A DNA stretch of 62,574 nucleotides, counting the filler, from Stramenopiles sp. TOSAG23-3 (Eukaryota), in assembly GCA_900128585.1 (NCBI GenBank). It is 10 parts of 10 records of this genome, joined end to end, with 100 filler letters (N's around TTAATTAATTAA, not from the genome) between each part and the next. Parts side by side here need not be neighbours in the genome. Positions count along the whole stretch, not along the records: positions 53,703 to 55,397 come from LT645523.1; positions 55,498 to 57,192 come from LT645524.1; positions 57,293 to 58,987 come from LT645525.1; positions 59,088 to 60,781 come from LT645526.1; positions 60,882 to 62,574 come from LT645527.1; 5 more parts are not named here. One strand, 5' to 3'. Under the pieces are notes generated by a model, which was not told the origin of the DNA, did not search any database, and worked only from the letters and a program-made list of their open reading frames with translations. Position 1 is the stretch's first letter, and each line of letters opens with the position of its first letter. Positions 54,245-62,574 of this stretch are shown here, in pieces. The position numbers and the translations under genes are program-made.

Positions 54245-55397
54245 TCATAAGTATTTCCTCATCTTGATTGGCCGAGAAACTATTTGGCACTGTTGGACGT
54301 CGATCAGGATTCCATACTTGAACGCTAGAAGGGGTGGGTGCCTTGGGGCTGGGAGTGCCGTGTCTGCTTGGGGCTTCCCTTGGTGCACCACGGGCTTGCT
54401 GTCCTCCATAGGCAGGTTAACAATAACCGTGAGCCCATGCTTCTCATCACCCCGAACGATCTCTATATTGTCTATGAATTGAACGGCAAACCCCCCTCTG
54501 TCTTCAAACCACTCGTACAGAATATTCACCGGCTCGTCGTCCGCCTCAACGCCCCGTTCCCACTTCCCAGTCTTTTCCATTATTGCTTCTAAGATCGTTT
54601 TGTTTCGCACCAGGCACAGTGCAAGCGCAGGCTCAAATATGCCCCCCTTCGGCTTGAACAGGTCAAACAAGGGCTTTACATTTTTCAAACAGGTCCGTTG
54701 CACCCCCTTGTAGAGCAAATTATTCTCGTACGCTTGGCCGACTTCAAGGGCAGGTTCCAGCCGCTCCGCTCTGAGCGAGCATTCCACGCGAAGGGCAAGG
54801 GTCCGGTTTTTGATGAAAGGGATATCTCCCGAAAGTTTTCTTTGATAAAAACACTCATCAAGAAGCCCAGCAATTTTGTTTCGGTGTTTGTCGGAAGAGC
54901 AGACTGCCGCAATCATTTCCACGAAGGTTCCAGTAGTGCTGGTTGGCCATATGTATGACTGGTCCAGTGGGTTGGTCACCGCTTCAAGCATTGCAGCAGT
55001 CATCGGCCGAGGGTCTAATATGTCCTTCATCATGTCCAACAAGCTTATGCACACATTAGCATCCACCCCGCTCGGGTCGAACGCCTTCAAGTCCACCGCT
55101 TGCACGCTCGGAGAGTCCCGGTTTTTGTACCACCGGGCGTGCACTACCTTTTCCCTTTCATCAATCTGTAGCGAGCCAGGAACCGACGCAGCATTCAGCC
55201 CCAAAAACGAAGAAAGCGACCTATTGAAGCTTGGGTCGAATGGGGGAAGATCAGAGCCCAACATTTCTTCTATTGTGGTCGACAAACTCATTATCTGTTC
55301 CGTAAACAAGAACGATTTCCACCCCGGCTCTTCCACGGCCAAAGACGTTCTCGCACTGAGCACCAAATTCCACAGGCCCACGTAGTCCATTATGTTG
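54245..55397 (-). CDS. Hypothetical protein (possibly 5'-truncated)
   Basis: 381-aa open frame with coding-like GC content. Confidence 0.6.
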
Positions 55398-55497
55398 NNN
55401 NNNNNNNNNNNNNNNNNNNNNNNNNNNNNNNNNNNNNNNNNTTAATTAATTAANNNNNNNNNNNNNNNNNNNNNNNNNNNNNNNNNNNNNNNNNNNN

Positions 55498-56974
55498 GAA
55501 GGACGTTGTGGGGGACGGCGAGCCCGCGCGAACTGGAAGCGCGCCGCAGGGAGCAGAGCGCAAAAAGGCAAGCAAGGGCCGGGGATCGAAGAAGAAATCA
55601 AAGTACGCGATCAGCGCGACGTCTTTCGGTGGCACTGAAAAACCTACCCCAGGGCGATTCACGACGTCGATCAGGAGGCGGGCAAACCACCTGTCCATGA
55701 GTGACTTGACCAGTGCGGACAGCACCGCGAAAAGCGACGAAACGCCCGCTCCGGGTCATATCCAGGCGGCTTTAAAAATGAGTTACAAGTGCAAGGACAT
55801 GGCGGGAAGATCGCACGATGTCAAGGAGCTGCGAAAAAAGAGAATGAAAGCCGTCAACAAGGGGATCAAGTACATGCACAAATTTTTGCGCAAAAAAAAG
55901 TACAAGAACTTGTTGGAAATCGGCGACGATGCCCCCAGCATTTTTTTTGAGATGTGGTACACCTCGGCAGACAGCCGGGTGCGCACCACGTGCCGATCGA
56001 TCGCCATAGAGCTTCTGGAAGTTTTGGAGAGACGAATATTGGCAAAACCAGCGAACGACCGGGACGATTTTTTCGAAGCAATGTTCCTATTACGCATCAA
56101 GCACGAGATGGATTTGCCGCACGAGGAACTCTTGAAGCGGGCGGACAAAATTTTCGACGAGCAAAACTTTTCCGATACGGACAAACTTTTCGACGTGCCC
56201 CTGGATGGTCTGGACTACGTGAAGACGCAGCCATGGCTACTGCTTCTCATGCGGATACTAATCATGGAGTACAACAACCTAATATTTTCAAAACGGTTCC
56301 CGCTAGAGTGGGGGCTCAAGCACGCCTTTCTAGCTATTAGACGGCACGAGTTACAAGGGCCACCGGCCGGGGGGAACTTTCATGACTCGTTCTTCCTGGC
56401 CACGCACATTTGCTACGCCCTCAGTGCGTACTGCGCAACGAAGACCTCGGAGAGAGAGGTAAAGTGGCTCTGGAGGTACTTGCGAAAGTCTCTGAAATAC
56501 TGGATGGGCGAAGCTCGCCTGAGAGACAAGGAGCACAGGGTGGCCGAAGAGGAACGAAAAGTGGCTCAGTACAGGTACGTCGATATCGACGGCGTCGCCG
56601 AAGTTGTCGACGTGCTCCGGGGGTGCGGGCTCACGCCGGCCGGGGACACGATGCTGTGTGAAGCCACTGTATGGCTCTTAAAGACCCAGGAAAAGAGCGG
56701 GAGCTGGCCGTTGTGGTTCGACCACGGGACGGGGAAGGACGACAAAGACACCACTCCATACGATTTTCTTCACCCGACGTGGGTGGCAACACAGGCCCTC
56801 CGTGACCGTGACTTCAAGCTTCAGCGAAGGGGAAACCAGAAGTGGGACGACTGGGTGCACAAGCTAATCAAAGAAACGGATTTCGGAACGCTTGAGTACG
56901 AGGCCAAGTGGAACGAAAGGAGAAAGAAGAAGAAGAAGAATGATGCCCTGGGGAGTCGTCTTTTAAAAAAGTGA
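55498..56974 (+). CDS. Alpha/alpha-toroid-like hypothetical protein, 5'-truncated
   Basis: WLLKTQEKSGSW (QW-like motif), THICY and DGVAE helical motifs. Confidence 0.6.
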
Positions 56975-57372
56975 ATATTTAAAACGAAAAATTGGCTGTC
57001 ATTTATAAAAGATGCAATTAATAATTTGGCGTGCCCCTTGGGCGTACAAAAAATACAAACTGAATGGCTTCTATATATTATGTATGATATGAAAATTTTA
57101 TAAATATTTAACAAACAAATTTTTCTTGTTTTTAAATATTTAGGACGCTAAATTTAATTACTTAAATAACAGCAAATTTTCTTGATGAGAGTNNNNNNNN
57201 NNNNNNNNNNNNNNNNNNNNNNNNNNNNNNNNNNNNTTAATTAATTAANNNNNNNNNNNNNNNNNNNNNNNNNNNNNNNNNNNNNNNNNNNNGTCAAGAG
57301 TAACACGTAGATTATAGTTGTTTTCTAGTTTACATTGTTTAGTATAGAGTACGAGTTTGAAGATCATCACAT

Positions 57373-57384
57373 TGGGGGCCGTTC
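57373..57384 (+). promoter_or_regulatory. Putative primer-binding site after an LTR-like ...CA end
   Basis: catcaCA t TGGGGGCCGTTC, 75 nt upstream of the gag ATG; resembles a tRNA-Pro-type PBS (TGGGGGCT...). Confidence 0.4.
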
Positions 57385-57447
57385 ACAAAAAGGAGCACCC
57401 TCAGTTTCAGAAGTTACAAGTTAAAAGTTGGGCGAGTACCGATCGCC

Positions 57448-58902
57448 ATGGCCGATGAGACCCTCACGGTCGCAGAAAGAGTGGCGAAGCACTTCCCAGA
57501 GTGGTTGAAAGTAAGAGACCAAGTATATGACAAGGATGGGGACCTCGTAGTACCCACCGATGATAATACTGTGGTAATTCAGAGGTACAAACTTTTTCGG
57601 AACCTTATTAAGGAGTACAAGAAGTCTGTTATGGTACGTGTTTGGGTGGAGTGTTTTGAGAGGCACCTGAAGTCTTCAGGCCTCTCGAATAACCCACGTT
57701 TGATTTTAAATGTTTTGCTAGAGAAAGCAAGCATCGAGACAGCACTCGGACGACAGGTCCATGAGAAATGTGCGAGCTTGGAAAGTCGAAGTTTGCAAGC
57801 ACGTGTGGAGGCAGGTGCGTCGCCAGCGGAAGCTAATGAAGCCGCGTTCGCCGATCCTGCGTTGAGAGAATATATCGTTGTGTTGCTACAGTACATAGTG
57901 ACAGCAAGGGCTAACAAAGCGAATTTGGAGCGCCTGAACGATAAGTGGGATGCGATAAAGCTCAAGTCGACCGAAACGATTCAAACGTATTTTTATCGGG
58001 TACAGCAGATGGCTCACAAAATTGCGATGGAAGGTGGCGTGAGATCGAAATCCCAGTGTGTAGACACAGTGATTAAAGGGCTTGGAGTGATTTATTCGAA
58101 TTCGAAAGATCACAAAGGATCCAAGTTGCATTATGATGTAGGCGCAACAATGCGGAAATGGTGGGCGGAAAACCGCAACGTACCGCATGTCAAGGAGGAG
58201 CCGATGCAGGCACTTCAGGACGAGTTGACGTCCTACGCGGGCATTTATAAGCTCAAGGTGAAGATTTCGGAGGATGCGTCAGACGAGGAGGATTCCGACT
58301 CGGACGATGCAACCGAAGATGAAGATGAAGGAAAAAAGAGGAAGAAGAAAGTCCGATTTGCGAAAGGAAAGGGAGACAAGAATGAGAAGCCGAAGGACAA
58401 ATTGCTTAAAGCGGCGAAGAAGATTCCGACGGAGGACCATGATACTGTCCCTTGTGCGCTATGCGTGGCGCGTGGCAGGAAGAAATACGCAGGAGGCCAT
58501 TCGATGACAACTTGTTTCGATTATCCAGACGGGGATTACTATGAGCCGGTGTTTGGGTATGATCAGGATGGGAACAAGAAAGGAACCGATGCAGCAAAGC
58601 GTGCGTGGGGCAAAGGCGGCGGTGGCGGTGGCAGCAGTGGCAGCGGAAAGCGAAGCTATTCCGAGGCGGAGTTAGAGACACTTTTGGAAAATAAAGTTAA
58701 GAAACTCAAAGCTGACAAAGAGAAGGCCGATACCGACTTTGCGACGCGCATGCAAGAGTATGAGAAATCGAAGGGCTATGTTTCTGTAGCGTCAGATGAG
58801 TTGGCGAAACTCAGACGCGCGCGAACCGCTGGTGGGCATGACGCCGACACGGATGATAAAGCGCAGTGGAAGTTTAATCCTGTTACCGGAGATCCCATGT
58901 GA
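57448..58902 (+). mobile_element. LTR retrotransposon gag-like ORF
   Basis: ETIQTYFYRVQQMAHKI (gag major-homology-like), knuckle CALC-x11-H-x4-C, upstream PBS-like site, and a downstream in-frame ...CCDT. Confidence 0.65.
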
Positions 58903-59710
58903 AATACAGCGTCGCCTCGAGCAATACGTAAAGTGTTGACTTCGGTGGTGGATGTAGGGGATAGAGGAAAAGGTTGTTGTGACACCGNNNNNNNNNNNNN
59001 NNNNNNNNNNNNNNNNNNNNNNNNNNNNNNNTTAATTAATTAANNNNNNNNNNNNNNNNNNNNNNNNNNNNNNNNNNNNNNNNNNNNAATTTTCCTCAAC
59101 AGTAGTAGTAGTACCGTAGTAAGTAAATAATAAAGAAAGTAATAAAACAACATCATAATAATAATTCTCAAACGTTCACGTAACATTTACATAGGAATTT
59201 CCGAAATATGATCATTTTTGCGTTTTTCCGGCATTTTTCTCATTGTATGTGCCTGTAATATTTACGTAACATTTGATGGCGGATTTGACCATTTTTAGAA
59301 TATTAATGTCGGTACTTACAGTATTACGTAACAATGTTACGTAATTGCAGATAATGGAGAATTATCAAACTCATAACATTATACAGCATCAAATATGTTT
59401 TCGCTGTTACGCCACACTAGCCATTTCTGGACCTGAAATCGTACCTTGATAGGAAAGCCATGATATTTCTACGTATTTGAAAAGGTTTAAGTACAAGTCA
59501 CGTAACATGAAAATTGGTCTCTTAAAATTCACGAAAACAATGATGTAAGCCTTCTAAGACCCTTACATAGGGCATCGCACTACGAACATAAATATAATTA
59601 AGTACTCAACAATTTTACGAAACAGCATATACTTGGCAATCGCGTAACATTTCTGACAGAAATGTTACGTGATTATTACACCCACATACCATCGGTAAAA
59701 AAGATGCGAG

Positions 59711-60000
59711 CGACGAAATGTTTGTTTTTGCCCTCCCTATTGCACGCTAGCAACATGCAATAGGCCCGGGATGAAAAAAAAAATTCGTGCCCGGACGCGC
59801 TCGGCCGACGAAATTTTTTTTTGTTGCCCTCCCTATTGCACGCTAGCAACATGCAATAGGCCTGGATTGAAAAAAACATTTCGTGCCCGGGAGCGCTCGG
59901 AGAACCAAATAATCAAAGAATCCTAGAAGAGCATCCAACAGATTAGACAGTAGTAAACCGACGAAATGTTTTTTTGTTGCCCTCCCTGTTGCACACTAGA
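59711..60000. repeat. 95-bp direct repeat x2 plus a partial third copy, each with a CCTATTGCA...TGCAATAGG hairpin
   Basis: Units start at 59711, 59806 and (partial, diverged) ~59959. Confidence 0.85.
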
Positions 60001-60881
60001 AACAAATCAAGTCCACCATTTGGCTGTTGCAGTATATATACTGGAATTTTCGGATTCGTCTCTGCAACGACAACGATTTTCTTTTTGTTTTGAACTGCAG
60101 GTGTGAAGAAATTCATTTACGAACACCTTATGGTAGTGTGAGACTCAGCTAGGCCACTACTCACTAAAACTCCCCACCTACAATCATTCCCTTTTTCTCG
60201 CGTTGCCATTTGTCTTTTGATTTTGTTTTTATGTCAATTTTGCCTTTCACCTATTTCTGTTTACAGTATCGGTTACATACTAATTCTGCACTACGTTATT
60301 AATATCATTTACTCTATGATACTAATCACGTTCCTTTCTGTCGGTTCTCTCTGGTCGGATGGTTCCCCCTGCTGCTCCCTCTCCCAACGAATTTCAGCCT
60401 AAAATTTGAATTCTGCACATAGTATATATACTAAAATTTTCAGTGCAATCCCCGTTAGCAAGGTACACAACCTGGGAAATATCTCGGGAGCCTGTTGTTT
60501 TCGTACTATTGTACCACCACTGTGTATGTTTCTAGCCTTAGTTGTGAGGCGGGGACTCTCTAGAAAACGACAAAAGAACGAGCGGCCGTTCGTTTTTTGT
60601 TTTTGCCCTGCTGTGAAGCAGTCGGTTTTTATGGCAGCCGGTCTTTAAAACAATTTTCATTTACGTGGGAACAAAATTACTTAAACATTCTGTACCTTAA
60701 TACAACAGGGCGGCAAGGTATTGCTGCTTGTAGTCGCGGGCCTCAGTCTCCACCATCGTTTGCCGTTCCTAGCCGTAATGCNNNNNNNNNNNNNNNNNNN
60801 NNNNNNNNNNNNNNNNNNNNNNNNNTTAATTAATTAANNNNNNNNNNNNNNNNNNNNNNNNNNNNNNNNNNNNNNNNNNNN

Positions 60882-61612
60882 TGGAATTGAATAATCGTAG
60901 AAGACAGATGGCTTTAGAGGATGCAATTCGTGAAGATGCAGAACGAGTCGAAGGATTATTAGAAAAACAAGCTGAAGCCGATGAGTTAATGAGACGCGTT
61001 AAAATGGAAAGAATGAGAGCACATAAACTCAAATCAGAAAGAAGAACTTTGGAAATTGCTACTCGTCATGCTACAGTCGAAAGGCAAAAGAGGATTGCGG
61101 AATTTAAGCGACAGCAAATACAGCAAGCACTTGATGCTAAACGAAAAAGAACAGAAAAAATGCTTCAACAAAAAGCGGCTTTATTGGAAGACCGAAAACG
61201 TTCTGCAATAAAGGCAAAACAGACTCGCGATCACTTAGTTACTACTATGGCAAAGATTAAGTCATCAAAAAATTGGTCCAAAGCTGAAAATGTACTTAAA
61301 AATTTAGTAGGTGGTGGTGGACCTGATAAAAGTCCTGCTGGGAAAGGGAAAAGGAGGAGGAAAAGAGACAATGGTGGAATTAGTGCCAGATCAACTAAAA
61401 AAGAGGAGGATAGGCTGCCCGAGTTAGAAGAAAGCCATAGACGTGCAAAAGCTGCTGCTGCTAACATTGAAATGGAGAGAGCAAAGAAAGCTATGCCATC
61501 GCATGTGGAAAATGCAGCAGATACAAATGAATATAGATCTCCGTATGAGGATCCCATACAGATACCTGGTCCTCGCGGGGCACGAAGAAGTGAAGACTTT
61601 GCAAATTTTTAG
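60882..61612 (+). CDS. Coiled-coil protein C-terminal part (5'-truncated)
   Basis: E/K/R-rich helical ORF open from the contig start. Confidence 0.65.
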
Positions 61613-61685
61613 ATGTTTTATTTTTGTATTATTTGAGATTTGTATAATAAACATTTTTGTTTAAGTTTCTACTATAGCTGGCATA

Positions 61686-62141
61686 CTATCGCCTTGATTT
61701 TCGTTGTCGCTTTTTGTGTCGTGAATCTGTCAGTTCTTTGTTCAACGCTTTTTCCTCTTGCGTAGGAGTAAAAATATAGCTAAGCAACATACGAGTTAAC
61801 TTGTACATGATAAAAGAAGGAACAACCAATAGAAGGTAAAAGAAATATGATGAAAACAATGATGACGTTAACTCTACAAAAAGCACTATACACCCATAAT
61901 CAAATGTGTAACCTTTGATTGCATCTGTCCAAATATATTGCTCCAGAGAAGAGTACGTCAAGAAAAAACATGCGCAGGAACTACCACTAATGAAGATAAC
62001 GCGCAACCAATGGACGGTTGAGTCAATGTTAAAAATTTCACTATACATATACAAGACATTGACTATAAGGTAAGTCATGGAAAATATTTGCTTGAACAAA
62101 GCATTTCCCTTGGCTCTCTTCTTTTGACTATTCCCTGCCAT
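61686..62141 (-). CDS. TMEM208: TMEM208/SND2 (DUF788) SRP-independent targeting protein
   Basis: MAGNSQKKRAKGN start, hydrophobic segments, YLLLVVPSFIMYKL and C-terminal KKRQRK. Confidence 0.8.
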   Translation of the reverse strand: MAGNSQKKRAKGNALFKQIFSMTYLIVNVLYMYSEIFNIDSTVHWLRVIFISGSSCACFFLTYSSLEQYIWTDAIKGYTFDYGCIVLFVELTSSLFSSYFFYLLLVVPSFIMYKLTRMLLSYIFTPTQEEKALNKELTDSRHKKRQRKSRR

Positions 62142-62383
62142 TTTGAATGTATGATTATTATTTGCTGGAGTTCAAAATGTAATCGTCCGGAACCAGAATT
62201 ATTGGAATAATTCGAATTGGGGAAGTCAATGGTTCGTGTGGTGGCTCTTTGATAGTTTCAAGTTGACCCGCGGGTCCAACCCTAACCCTAACCATTTAGC
62301 AATCGATATATATATATATAAAAATAATATAGAAAATTTACCATATTATAAAATATTCATAATAACTGTTCTTAATTCAATAA

Positions 62384-62572
62384 TCAATCATCTCTAAAAA
62401 TTATATCGTCGAATCCATCCTTTAGACACAATCGTTTCAATAATTCATAGCTTGTAATTAAAAGAGCAGTTGAAGGCACCATACCAGCCATTCTAGCCCC
62501 ACAACCTTTCCAAAACCCTTTAATCCCAGCTTCAAAAAAGACACCTTTACCTGCCTTCCACACACTACTACT
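62384..62572 (-). CDS. Mitochondrial carrier (SLC25) C-terminal fragment, not in the ORF track
   Basis: Own translation: ...EAGIKGFWKGCGARMAGMVPSTALLITSYELLKRLCLK...*, matching the third carrier repeat. Confidence 0.8.
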   Translation of the reverse strand, partial: SSSVWKAGKGVFFEAGIKGFWKGCGARMAGMVPSTALLITSYELLKRLCLKDGFDDIIFRDD

Positions 62573-62574
62573 AG

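Noticed and set aside
54245-54340. HPPLLAFKYGILID...IVSRP resembles the start of T4 Rnl1-like RNA ligases
   Set aside because: The ORF stops immediately afterwards and no KxDG motif follows.
62265-62293. GACCCGCGGGTC palindrome followed by (AACCCT)2.5 telomere-like repeat
   Set aside because: Too short and internal to a contig; not evidence of a telomere.

Overview
The window is not one locus. It is ten contigs joined by N44-TTAATTAATTAA-N44 linkers: 1-10693, 10794-21467, 21568-32183, 32284-42895, 42996-53602, 53703-55397, 55498-57192, 57293-58987, 59088-60781 and 60882-62574. Most contigs look like nuclear DNA of an intron-poor microbial eukaryote (possibly a flagellated stramenopile; this is inference). 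They carry GC-rich genes in AT-rich spacers: TPP1/sedolisin, SHMT, a PIWI-type Argonaute, an EF-hand+EML protein, RWDD1, TMEM208, a DCC1-like oxidoreductase, a 7TM receptor and transposon relics. The standout is contig 32284-42895. It has an exact 79-bp terminal direct repeat, and an ORF reads through the junction, so it behaves as a 10,533-bp circle (or a collapsed tandem array). It is AT-rich and gene-dense. It encodes a stand-alone A32-type packaging ATPase, a beta-rich structural-like protein, and a 1149-aa protein that fuses a second A32-like ATPase, a Vps4/katanin-type AAA+ ATPase and a C-terminal WASP/WAVE-like WH2-central-acidic (WCA) tail. It also has twin hairpins and a shared promoter-like motif, but no recognisable polymerase, Rep, integrase or major capsid protein. 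Other notable items are a slicer-dead PIWI with a CCCH finger, two homologous RLE-type non-LTR retrotransposon relics (one followed by a Ulp1-like protease in permuted motif order), and an LTR gag with an in-frame TGA before a likely protease motif. All homology calls come from motif recognition by eye, not database searches.
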